Origin: Mobula hypostoma
Lineage: Eukaryota
Direction of reading: 5' to 3'
DNA: 64,000 bases
NCBI RefSeq assembly: GCF_963921235.1
Contig: NC_086097.1
Span: 7,440,001-7,504,000 of the forward strand
Shown: positions 22,245-33,779 of the stretch, piece after piece
How the letters are laid out: each line of letters starts with the position of its first letter
How positions within the stretch are numbered: position 1 is the stretch's first letter
Translations under genes and position numbers: made by a program
Notes under the pieces: model-generated
Seen by the model: only the letters and a program-made list of their open reading frames with translations
Told to the model about the DNA's origin: nothing
Databases searched by the model: none

Positions 22245-23480
22245 GGCTTGTATGTGGCATGCATATTCAAAGCACTCAAAAGGGGCTATATCGAAGGAGA
22301 CCTAACCTTAGAACAGGCTTTGACCATTGTAATATCATTAGAGACTGCAGCAAAGGGTGCAGCAGAACTACAGAAAGGGAAGTTAGAATGTGAAATACAT
22401 AAAGTTTCCCCGAATAGTGCAAAAAGCCAAAAATGTTATTGATGTGGCAAAACCCCCATGATGCAAATGACTGTTGGTTCAGGGAAGAAGTGTGCAGAAT
22501 GTGTCACAGGCAAGGTCACGTAGAGAGAGTGTGCAAGTCAGACGAAAAGCACAACCAAAGAGAAGAACCACGCCTAGTGAAAAGTCTCAAGCACAAAGCT
22601 ATGCAAATGCATAAAGTGACCGTATGTGAAAAAGACAGCATAGAGTCTGGTGAAAGTGAGCTGTCATACTTAGAAGTGAAGAAGACCACATGATCATATG
22701 GATCACAATAGATGTGTCTGGTGTCAAACTGAAAAAGGAACTGGACACGGTCGGCTTTGACAATAATTTCAGAGGCTGGCTACAACCATTTTCTAAGATA
22801 CCATTAGAGAGGACTTTAGTGATGCTAAAGACCTACACAGGTGAAAAAGTGTCTCCCAGAGGCAAAGTGAAGGTAAATGTGATGTATGGAGGCCAAACAC
22901 AACAGTTTGAGCATTATTTATTGAAAAGTGGAGTGCCAGCACTTTTTGGGTGTGAATGGTTGAGAAAAGTCCAATTAGAATGGCACTCGGTCAAAGCTCT
23001 CAGTGTGACATCAACAGGCAACAGCATCCCTAATGGTAGCACTAACTGGAAACTGGCATGGCTGCTTAATGCTTATGAGAAGGCGTTGAGAAGGGGATTG
23101 GTAAACTCAAAGGCATGAAGGCCAGAATTGAACTGGATGAAACAGCAACACCAAGATTCTATAAAGTACACCCACTTCCTTAAGCACCATGTCTTAAAGT
23201 GGATGCTAAACTTCAGACCTTGCAGTCTTCTGGAATTTTCTCCAAGTTCATGTGGAGTGATTGGGCCATGCCCATTGTCCCTGTGATCAAGACTGTTCTT
23301 GAAGAAAAATGGCATCTGACATTTCAAGTCAGCTTCTCACCATCCAGCAACAAATGGGTTAGCTGGAAGGTTTACCATAACTTTCAAGTCTGTTAAAGCA
23401 ATGAGCAAGGAGGAAATTTCTCTTCAGCACAAGGTGGACAACTTCCTTTTTGTGTATTGGAACTCTGTTCATGCGACAAC
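22245..23480 (+). mobile_element. Gypsy/Ty3 LTR-retrotransposon internal remnant (gag zinc knuckles, protease, RT start, integrase end)
   Basis: HDANDC..CRMCHRQGHVERVC (CCHC), ITIDVSGVKLKKELDT (aspartic protease), LKTYTGE..PALFGCEWL, WSDWAMPIVPVIK (RT start) and FLFVYWNSVHATT (integrase C-terminus-like). Confidence 0.88.
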
Positions 23481-23489
23481 AATCAAATT

Positions 23490-24599
23490 CACCCCCTTTA
23501 ATATGACACACCAAATCATGACTGATGCAGCTGATTGGTTTTAGAAGTCACAGATTTAGTTAAATGGAGACCGGTTTTTGGAGAATTATGTGCAGTTAAA
23601 GGTGTTTCAATTGATTGTACAAACGTTGTAGTAAAACTATGCCCCTATCAGCTGGTGAGTCAGTATCCTGGAAAAAAACTACACCGTGAAGATAAAAACA
23701 ACCAATCCAAGCAACTCTGCAAAAAGGTTATTGAAAGCACCAGTGAGGAGAAAGATACAAGAAAATTTTCAATTCATTGAATATATCTTGGAGTACAGTT
23801 ATGTCAAGTTAAGAAATGGAAAGAATATGGCACAGTTGTAAATCTGCTGAGAGCAGGCCGTCCTCAAAACTAAGTGACTGTGCAAGAAGGAGACGCGTGA
23901 GTGAGACCACCAAGAGACCTGTGACAACTGTGGAGGAGTTACAAGCTTCAGTGGCTGAGATGAGAGAGACTGCACATACAACTGTTGCCTGGGTGCTTCA
24001 TTCACAGATTTATGGGAGAGTGACAAAGAGAAAGCTACTGTTGAAAAATACTCATGAAATCTCAAACTAGAGTTTGCCTGAAGGCATGTGGGAGACTGAA
24101 GTCCGCTGAAAGAAGGTTCTACAGTCTGATGGAACCAATAGCGAGCTTTTAGGTCATCAGACTAAACGCTATGATGTAGTTTGCAAGAGAGAAGACAATG
24201 ATACCAAGCATAAAGCCAAATCTACATAGGAATGGCTTAAAAGCAACAAAGTTAATGTCCTGGAGTGGCCAAGTCAAAGTCCAGACCTCAATCCAATTGA
24301 GAATTTGTGACTGGGCTTGAAACGGGCCCTTCACTCATGATCCCCAGGCAGTCTGACAGAGTTTGAGTAGTTTTGTAATGAAGAATGGGGAATAATTACG
24401 GAGTCCAGATGTGCAATTGTGTTTTTTATTTGTAATTAATTTAGATCACTTTGTAGCGATCTGTTTTCACTTTGACACAGAAGAGTCTTTCTTTTGGTCA
24501 ATGTCAGAAAAAGCTAAAGTAAATCCATTGCGATTCAATGTTATAAAACAATAAGAGATGAAAACTTCCAAGAGGGGGGAAAAGTTTTTATAGGCATTG
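23490..24599 (+). mobile_element. Tc1-family DNA transposon, deleted and frameshifted
   Basis: Paired-like HTH with GRPQKLS..RRRVSETTKRP..LQASVAEM, KKVLQSDGT, and QEKDND..VLEWPSQSPDLNPIENL (DD34E region). Right end aggcattg followed by TA at 24600-24601. Confidence 0.9.
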
Positions 24600-24744
24600 T
24601 ATGTAGTCATGCACAGACACAACAGTTTACTTCCCAATTCCATCTTTAAAGCACCAGAGAAATGGAAGCAGATAATGCCTTATGACCTGATGAACCTGAA
24701 AAAAAAACAAAGCTCACAAATATACCAGTTGAACCCTTGCAACA

Positions 24745-25185
24745 CTTTTGCCTATCATTTCTCCTGGAGCACCTCTTCCTTCCCTTTCTTCTGTGGTCCA
24801 CTTTTCTCTCCTATCAGATTCCTTCCTTTCCAGGCCTGTATCTTTCCCACCCACCTGGTTTAACCTATCACCTTCTAGCTATCCTCCTTCCCCTCCCAGC
24901 ACCTTTTTGTTCTGGTGTCGTCCCCCTTCCCTTCCAGTCCTGAGGAAGGGACTCAGTCCAAAACGTCGACTTTCATTCATTTCCATGGATGCTCCCTGAC
25001 CTCCTGAGTTCCTCCAGTATTTTGTGTGTGTTGGAGATGATTCTTCAGCCCTGACAAAGAGCCTCAGCCCGAAATATCAGCTGTTTATTCATTTCCACAT
25101 ACATTTCCTGTCTTGCTGCATTCCTCCAGCATTTTTTTTTGTGTGTTGCTCTGGATTTCCAGCACCTGCAGAATCTCTTATGTTG
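24745..25185 (+). mobile_element. PLE pseudo-LTR with a tandem partial duplication (two hammerhead remnants)
   Basis: Similar to 6600-6880. Hammerhead-like motifs at 24936-24971 and 25047-25082. Confidence 0.8.
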
Positions 25186-25946
25186 ACAATCTTACCTGGC
25201 TGCATAATCTCATCTTTCAAGATCTGACCCTCATAAGGTTTTCCGGCTGCAATCTTTCCCTGTAATTTAGTTTTCCCTATGTCCTATGATACTAGTTGTG
25301 TGTATGGTAATGTGTGAGGTATTATAAGCACTGCAAAAGAATGATTGTATTAAGGGAGATCCACTCTAATATCATTGGGTTATTTTCATATATTATCAAC
25401 CACCATCAATCACCAGCTATGGAACCATACAAAGCTAAATAAGTTAGAGCAATGTGATAAAAGCTAATCGTATCTCTTAAATTAAATTAACATTTACATA
25501 ATCAGTTTGTACCTCAAGGGTCCTAAAGTTGAAGCAGCATCAATTATATTCTTTGCTACTTGCTGATGCTAACTGAGCTACAACATAATGGCCTTATAAT
25601 CAATGCTTATTGGCTGGTATAAAAATTGTTTAAAAATGAAGGACAGATTACAAGACTAATTTCCGTCAAGTACAGTTGTAGCATTGTACGGCACAGATAG
25701 ATCATTACTGGTTACTTAGTCAAACATCATTCTTTAATATGCATCAAAAGAAGGTTAGAAGACGGATAATGTATCTGGTACAAGGAGTTCTTCCTTCAGT
25801 GCAGCTTTGTAGTGTTGGAACCTGATTCAAATTGAGGCAGGGAGAATCCTTTTACACTCCCGGTTATATGTCAGAAAAGGTAACATTACATGCAGTTGTG
25901 CATCTAGATATTGTAATTCTGGATAACGTTCGCAAATATTAACACA

Positions 25947-26182
25947 TGGTGCCACGGTAGGGTAGTGGTTAGCACAACACTTCACAGTACAGGCAACCTG
26001 GGTTCAATTCCCACCAGGAGTTTGTGATCTCCCTGTGACCACATGGGTTCCCTTCCACAGTCCAAAGGTGTACTAGTTGATAGATTAATTGGTCATTGTA
26101 AATTGTCCCATGATGAGGCTAAGATTAAATCAGGAGATTGCTGGGCAGAAGGGCCTATTCAGTATGTCAATAAATAAATAAA
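25947..26182 (+). mobile_element. HE1/V-type tRNA-SINE
   Basis: A-box-like ggtagggtagtgg, B box ggttcaattcc, the body tccacagtccaaag..ttaattggtcattgtaaattgtccc and an (aata)n tail. Confidence 0.85.
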
Positions 26183-26189
26183 CAATCAC

Positions 26190-26626
26190 AATTTAGTCAT
26201 CATTTTCATTATGTGCTGTGTCGTATAATGTCATCATTATGTGCCTTGTTGTATGACCTGGGTTAGGGCCAGGGTTATCTTTGACCATGATTGTTCTCGG
26301 CAAATTTTCCTGCGGAAGTGGTTTGCCATTGCCTTCTTCTGGGCAGTGTCTTTACAAGACGGGTGACCCCAGCCATCATCAATACTCTTCAGAGATTGTC
26401 TGCCTGGCATCAGTGGTTACATAGTCAGGACTTGTGATCTGCACAAGCTGCTAATATGACCATCCACCACCTGCTCCCATGGCTTCACGTGACCCTGACT
26501 GGGTAGGATGAGGGGAGTGGCGGGAAGCAGGTGCTGCACCTTGCTCAAGGGTGACCTCCAGGTTAGCTGAGGGAAGGAGCAACTTACACCTCCTTTGGTA
26601 GGGATGTATCTCCATGCGGCACCCCC
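26190..26626 (-). mobile_element. RTE/Bov-A-like non-autonomous retroposon
   Basis: Minus-strand gaagaaggcaatggcaaaccacttc at about 26315-26339, shared in kind with 10267-10290. Confidence 0.7.
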
Positions 26627-26739
26627 TTCACCCACCACTGTATAGCACGTGTAATACCAATAACTGGAGATAGATTTTGAGTTAAGGAATACTGTTTTAA
26701 GTTTCCGCAGGATCCAACTTATAATCACTGACTTAATGA

Positions 26740-26960
26740 CACAATACAAAATGCTGGAGGAACCCAGCAAGAGAGGTAGAATCTATGGAAAGGAATACAG
26801 AGTTGATATTTTAGGCCAATACCCTTTAGTAGAACTGGAAAGGAAAGGGAAAGAATCCTTCCAGCCGTGAAGAAGGGTCTCGTCACAAAACATCAAAACT
26901 TTATTCCTTTCCATAGATGCTGCCTGACGTGTTGCGTTCCTCCAGCATTTTGTGTGTATT
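26740..26960. mobile_element. Old PLE-derived fold-back element
   Basis: Inverted arms acaaaatgctggaggaac / gttcctccagcattttgt. Strongly decayed hammerhead remnants at 26801-26836 (minus) and 26863-26898 (plus). Confidence 0.7.
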
Positions 26961-27425
26961 AGATAGATAGATAGATACGTAGATAGAAAGATAGATATAC
27001 TTTATTGATCCCAAGGGAAACTAGGTTTCGTTACAGCAGCACCAACCAAGAATAGAGCATAAATATAGCAATACAAAAACCACAAACAATCAAACAACAA
27101 TATGCAAACTATACCAGATGGAAATAAGTCCAGGACCAGCCCGAACGGTCTGGAAGCCGTCCATGGAAAAGTTTTGATCGGGTATGTCCTCGTGCAGCCC
27201 CGTTTCAGTAAAATACATAACACTGCACTGCCGAAATGTTCTCTGACTCCTGGCTAGCGCCGTGAACTCGTCCATTTTATTACCCACCGATCTCCTCTTC
27301 TCCATAAGTCTTTGTTGTCTCGATCCGGTCCTCTTTCCTTGCCTTTGTGATCCCCCTTTGCATCCCCTGTGTGCTTTCCTCCAGATTTCAGCAGGGGTGT
27401 CCGCCACTCTGTTCCTATTACTTTG
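26961..27425 (-). mobile_element. Rex1/Babar-like internally deleted element (APE N-terminus fused to 3' UTR with a (TATC)n tail)
   Basis: RSVGNKMDEFTAL..CSVMYFTETGLHEDIPD..DGFQTVRA joined directly to an AT-rich 3' UTR and (gata)n at 26961-26997. Confidence 0.75.
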
Positions 27426-27624
27426 GACTTCCAGCGTCAGCAGAATCCCCTGTGGTATATGACATGAATTCTGTTTAATTTGTGGCAGTGGTACATTGCA
27501 TTGAGGTGAGGCCAAAGTTAATCTAACTCAAATAAGGTGAGAAAGGGTGATTTTATTCAGTGCAATGTATGGGTGACACAGGAATTTTTATGGAGAAAAT
27601 AACCACTGATAATACTGGCATTTA

Positions 27625-27885
27625 GACTATAAGATCATAAGGTAAAGGAGCAGGATTCAGCTATTTGGCCCATCAAGTCTGCTCTGCCATTCCATCGTGG
27701 CTGATTTATTATCCCTCTCAACCCCATTCTCCTGTCTTCTGTCCGTAACCTGATTAATCAAGAACATATCAAACGCCGCTTTAAATATAATCAATGACTT
27801 GGCCGTCACAGCTGTCTGTGTCAATGAATTCCATGGATTCACCACCCTTCGGATAAAGGAATTCCCCTTCATCTCTGTTCTAAAT
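27625..27885 (-). mobile_element. CR1 LINE 3' end
   Basis: RRVVNPWNSLTQ plus a typical 3' UTR. Confidence 0.8.
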
Positions 27886-29482
27886 TTAACTGTTCATTTC
27901 CCCAGCTGTCATGGAGAGATTCAAATTTCGGGCCCAGATCAGTAGCCCATGCCTCTGCATCCCTAAACATCACGATTATACCACTGTACCGCTGTGATTT
28001 GAGGTCCCTTGCAATGTTTCTTTTCACTTCTTGACAAAAGAAGCCTCATGGTTTTCACTTATCTCAATCTGAAGCCGGTGCTGATAGCGTGGACTCCTTT
28101 GGGAATCCTTCTGGCAACCAGGCAGCTATATTTCAATGAGCAGCTTTATGGTAAAACACTTTCTTTTATCAAGGAGGCTCAGTCTGTTTGACTGCTAAAA
28201 TGACAAAGTCATGTCCAGGAACTTCAGCCGATAGCAGCTTTTATTTCTCCTCCATTCTTGTAAATACTCCAGCATGATTTCCACATTAAAAGCAACTTGC
28301 AAAATGGAATATTTGCTGTTGGTGGTTCAGTGAGATTAACATTCTAGATGAGACTGTCATAACCAGGGATTATTTTAAAAGGAAGTTTTTTCTCCAGTTA
28401 GTATGTGGACTGTATTTTCTCAGTGTCACCTTGTCGGTATGCAGCGTTCCTTGGATTGTTTACCTTTTATGTCTAATTGTTTGTCTTTGGACGAGCTCTG
28501 GGTTTTCACTTAGTGTTACATGTGTCTCATTTGGTATCACGGGGATTGTTCAGCTCTCTGTTTTTATCACCTTTATTTAATTTGGGGTAATTAAATTACC
28601 AGGGGATTTTCAATGTATGGTATTGTAATTGTTGTCTTTGGAGGTTATTGCTTCATCTGGATACTGAGGCTGTCTGATTAGTTTTGAATTCCTACATGGC
28701 GTATTTCAGCCAACTCTTCTTTGCTCGGTCATTGTGGGTCCTTACCTGGTGAAACTCCGACAAAATTCTTCTGTGTATTGTGAGTGATCTCAGTTCATCA
28801 AGATTCTGTAATTTGCCTGAGCTCTTGTTAGTTTTGCTGGTTAATTTCTGTAATAAGTCGTTAGTTTTGTTTGAATTGCTGATGTATCTATGACTCTTGC
28901 ACTTCGCTGGTGATGTTAGAACATGTTTCCCTCTGAGATTGACACCAAAGAATTATTGTAGCACAGAGGACAGCCACTTGTCCTATTGAGTAGGTGCCAG
29001 CTCTGTGTATAATGCAATCGGTCCAATTCTAGCACACTGCCACCTCTCTACAGCCCTGCAAGTTCAAGTTCACGTTATGGATCAACCCATGGACTCAATT
29101 TTAAAGACTCTTCATCTCATGTTCTCAATATTTATCTTATTTATTATTATTGTTTCTTTCTTTTTGTATTTGCACAGTTTTTTTGTCTTTTGCACACTGG
29201 TTAAATGCCCAAGTTGGTGCATTCTTTCATTGAATTTACTATGGTTATTATTCTATTATGGATTTTTTGAGTATGCCCACAAAAAACATATCTCAGCCTT
29301 TGTATATGATGACATATATGTACTTTGATAAATAAATTTACTTTGAAATTTGAAGTTCAAGTTTATTGTCATTCAACCATCCACATGTATACAGGTAAGT
29401 GACACATCGTTCCTCTGAGGCCACGGTGGAAAACATATAATTACGATCCAGCACATACAATCACAAAGTAATATTTTACATA

Positions 29483-29818
29483 TGTGGAGAGGACATTTCC
29501 TGTAGTGGGTGAGTCTAGGACCGGAAGGCGCAACTTCAGAATAGAGGGGCAAGCATTTAGAACAGGGACGAGTAGTTACTTATTTAGCCAGAGGGTGATG
29601 AATCTGTGGAATTCATTGCCACAGATGGCTATGGAGGCCAGGTCATTGGGTGTATTTAAGACGGAGGTTAGTAGGTTCTTGATTACTCAGGGCATCAAAG
29701 GTTACAGAGGGAAAGTGTGAGAATGGGGTTAAGAGGGATAGTCAGCCATGGGGGAGCAGACTCAATGGAATGAATAGCCTAATTCTGCTCCTATGTCTTG
29801 GGATCTTATGGTCTTATT
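29483..29818 (+). mobile_element. CR1 LINE 3' end
   Basis: FSQRVMNLWNSLPQ and a tcttatgg tail. Confidence 0.85.
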
Positions 29819-30224
29819 AACACAAATAGCTGATCAGCATGGCCTGAAGATTGACAGGTTGACATAAAGCATAAGGTGTAAGATGCCTGTTGTGTTATTT
29901 TGCTTTGGAAGTTTTTGAATGACCCCACTGCAACCATGTTTCCAGGCACTGAATCCCAGGTCATCACCATGCTATGTAAAAAAATACGTTTGTCCTCACA
30001 TCTCCCTGTTCCCTGTGCCTCTTGCCCATCACAGAGAAGCCCAGCAGGGGTGCAGATAGTAGAATGGCTGCTTCCGAGCTCCAATGGCCTAGGCTCGAAT
30101 GGAACATTGGTGCTATCTGAATCAGGGTCAGGTTCAATATCACTAATATATCTCATGAAATTTGTTGTTCTGCAACAGCATGGCATTATATATATATGAA
30201 GTATTTAAATGAAATACAGAACAA

Positions 30225-30603
30225 TGAAATGCAGTTCTGAATTATCTTACTGCTTATTTCTCACCAACTATCAGTGCCAAAAACCACTGCCTTTTGAGCA
30301 CTAACACACCAACTGATGCTATTTAAAAAACTGCTTGCTGTAAGTATGGTATACTGTCTAACAACCACACACATGGTATAGTATCTAACAGCCACACACA
30401 TGGTATAGTGTCCAACAGCCACACACATGTGCACGCAACCACTGCTAGTTAGAAATTGTTCAGCAATAGTCTCCTGTCCCAAGTAAGTGCAGTGGTATCA
30501 GATCCCAAATAAATGAAGGGAATCCCGATTAGTTTTTGTTCTTTAAGATTAACCCCAAATACACAGTTGCCCCAAATAGCCAATGACCTAATTCAGCTCA
30601 CTG
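30225..30603 (-). mobile_element. pogo/Tigger-like element, second copy
   Basis: The reverse complement of 30225-30300 matches 7676-7750 (cactgatagttgg..gaaataagcagtaagac/taattcagaactgc). Confidence 0.7.
30346..30429. repeat. 27-bp minisatellite, 3 copies
   Basis: Unit atggtatagtgtctaacagccacacac starting at 30346, 30373 and 30400. Confidence 0.9.
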
Positions 30604-30698
30604 TTTGGCAAGCTTTTCTCATCTCTGCACTGAACTGAGGCCGTGGCCTGCTACTAAGGAGCTCCTGGATCAGCTGTGACTGGCTTTGTGACTGTGAA

Positions 30699-31556
30699 GA
30701 ACTCAGCAGGCCAGGCAGCATCTAGGAAAAATTAGTCGACACTTTGGCCCAGAACATCGAATGTACTCTTTTCTTAGGTAAACACCAGGAAATCTGCAGA
30801 TGCTGGAAATTCAAGCAACACACACAAAATGCTGGTGGAACGCAGCAGGCCAGACTGCACCCATAGGAAGAAGTACAGTCGGGACGTTTCGGGCCGAGAC
30901 CCTTCGTCAGGACTAACTGAAAGAAGAGACAGTAAGAGATTTGAAAGTGGGAGGGGCAGGGGGAGATCTGAAATGATAGGAGAAGACAGGAGGGGGAGGG
31001 ATAAAGCTAAGAGCTGGAAAGTTGATTGGCAAAGGGGATACAAGGCTGGAGAAGGGAGAGGATCATGGGACGGGAGGCCTAGGGAGAAAGAAAAGGGGAG
31101 GGGAGCATCAGAGGAAGATGGAGAGCAGGCAAGGAGTTATAGTGAGAGGGACAGAGAGAGAAAAAAGAGAGACAAAAAAAGGAGGGGGGGATAAATAAAT
31201 AAATAAACAAACAAACAAACAAACCAATAAATAAAGGATGGGGTAAGAATGGGAGGAGGGGCATTAATGGAAGTTAGAGAGTCAATGTTCATGCCATCAG
31301 GTTGGAGGCTACCCAGACAGAATATAAGGTGTTGTTCCTCCAACCTGAGTGTGGCTTCAATTTGACATTAGAGGAGGCCATGGATAGACATATCAGAATG
31401 GGAATGGGACATGGAATTAAAATGTATGGCCACTGGGAGATCCTGCTTTCTCTGGCGGACAGAGCGTCTTTTCCCAGGTGCTGCCTGGCCTCCTGAGTTC
31501 CTCCAGCGTTTTTTGTGTGTCGCTTGGATTTCCAGCACCTGTAGATTTTCTCTTGT
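30699..31556 (-). mobile_element. Penelope-like element insertion (GIY-YIG C-terminus, pseudo-LTR, inverted terminal copy)
   Basis: RSVRQRKQDLPVAIHFNSMSHSHSDMSIHGL and EEQHLIFCLGSLQPDGMNID. Hammerhead at 30877-30914 with a 2-nt insertion. Inverted pseudo-LTR at about 31467-31556. TSD ttgtgactgtgaa (30686-30698) / tcgtggctgtgaa (31557-31569). Confidence 0.9.
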
Positions 31557-32984
31557 TCGTGGCTGTGAACTCACTTTTATGAACTTTAGTTCTAAATGTA
31601 ATTTGCTTCCTTTTTATTGTATGCATGATTTGTTCTTTCTCATTGCACATTGGGTGTTTGACCATCATCTTTTTTAATGGGTTCTGTTGTGTTTCTGTCT
31701 TGTGACTGCCAATAAAGAGATGAATCTCAAAGTTGTATATAGTCTACATACATTCTTTGACAATAAATGAATTTTGAACATTTATATCTATATATAGAAG
31801 CTATTCCTAAAATGCTGAGTGTGTGTTTTCAGGCTCTTGTACCTCCTCCCTGATGGTAGCAATGAGAAGAGGGCAGGTCCTGAGTGTTGGTGGTCCTTAA
31901 TGATGGAAGCCACTTTTTAAGATATCACCTTTTGAAGATGTCCTTGATGCTGTGGAGGCTAGTGCCCATGATGGAGCTGGCTGAGTTAGTAACGCTCTGC
32001 AGATTTTGCCGATCTCAATCAGTGCCCCTTCTATAGTAAGTGGTGATGCAACCAGGTAAAATGTTCTCCACAGTGTCTATGTGGAGTTTACATGTTCTCC
32101 TTGTGACTGGGTGGGTTTCCTTTGCTTACACTATTTTCCCCCTTCATTCCCAAGACATGTAGGTTGATAGGTTAACTGGCCACTGTTAATTGCTTCCTTG
32201 GTGACTGATAGAATCAGGGGGAATGATGAGAATGAAGAAAGAATCAGTTAGAAGTTAAACTAGTGGAGAATGAAATTGTTCTCTACACCAGTATATATTC
32301 AACAAGCTGAATGGGGACCTGCTATGTCGTTAGATAACATTGAAATAATGACATGGAACCTATGTCTTATCTCTTGATCCATCAGCGAAAGGGATGAGAG
32401 ACTCTACTTTTTCTAACTATTAAAGATGAGCAAGGTAATTTTCACTGGCATTCTGGATAAAATCTACTCCAAGGATGCAGACACAGCAACAATATTTACA
32501 AAAGTACTTTGCTGTCTAGTCTTTGAGATGGCCTGAGATTATGAAAATCTGTAAAATCTATTTCTTTTTTCCTGCACAGGGATGGAAATTTCTGGTTAGC
32601 ATTTCCTGAAAACAGTAAAACCCTCCCCACCATTGAATATGTCTGCAAGGAGTGCTTCCACAAGAAAGCAGAATCCATCATCAAGGACCTTAACCATCTG
32701 AGATATGCTCTCTTCTTGTTGCTCCATCAGAAATGAGGTGCAGGTTCCTTAGGTTCCACCCCACCAGGTTCAGGAGCAGTTATTACCCTCAACATGGACC
32801 AGCATCGTTAACTTCACTCAGTCACTGATCACTGAACGCAATCTATGGACTCACTTCTAAGGACTTTACAACTCATCTTCTCAGCATTATTTCTTTTTTT
32901 AATGTATTTATTAATTTTTGTATTTGCACAGTTTGTCTTATTTTGCACTTTGGTTGCTTGTCAGTCTTCGTAGTTTTTCAGTTG

Positions 32985-33525
32985 TTTTGGTCTCCAAATT
33001 TGAGGAAGGACATTCTTTCTATTGAGGGAGTGCAATGGAGGTTCACGAGGTTTATTCCCGGGATGGTGGGACTGTCATGTGTTGAAAAATTGGAGCGACT
33101 GGGCTTGTATACTCTGGAATTTAGAAGGCTGAGAGGGGATCTTATTGAAACATAAGATTATTAAGGGATTGGACACGCTGCAGGCAGGAAGCATGTTCCC
33201 GCTGATGGGTGAGTCCAGAACCAGAGGCCACAGTTTAAGAATTAGGGGTAGGCCATTTAGAACGGAGTTGAGGAAAAACTTTTTCACCCAGAGAGTGGTG
33301 GATATATGGAATGCTCTGCCCCAGAAGGCTGTGGGGGCCAAGTCTCTGGATGCTTTCAAGAAAGTGATGGATAGACCTCTTAAAGATAGCGGAATCAAAG
33401 GTTATGAGGATAAGGCAGGAACTGGATACTGATTGTGGATGATCAGCCATGATCACAGTGAATGGCGGTGCTGGCTCGAAGGGCCAAATGGTCTACCCCT
33501 GCACCTATTGTCTATTGTCTATTGT
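32985..33525 (+). mobile_element. CR1 LINE 3' fragment
   Basis: FWSPNLRKDILSIEGVQ..FFTQRVVDIWNALP and a (gtctatt)n tail. Confidence 0.92.
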
Positions 33526-33779
33526 TTGTTCTTCTGAAAATGCCTGCAAAAAAAAAGAATCTCAGGGTAGGAGATTTATTTGTACCTTGATTATAAATTT
33601 ACTTTGAACTTTGATAACCTTCTTTGATACTGTGCCTGGAACAACTGCAGATGAAATTTGAAAGGGTCACCTTATCAACTACAAATGCAGTGAATCTAAC
33701 ACTTCGGGACAAAGTGCTGTGTTTGTCTTGCCTTTATTAATGTCTCCTTTTGCTCTCCATATGCAAAGAGTCCGATTCT

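Noticed and set aside
28420..28925. T-rich block as a third solo LTR (tgtcacc...agaaca)
   Set aside because: No TSD and no convincing inverted termini.
30346..30429. Direct repeats as a CRISPR-like array
   Set aside because: The units are head-to-tail with no spacers, there are no cas genes, and the context is eukaryotic.
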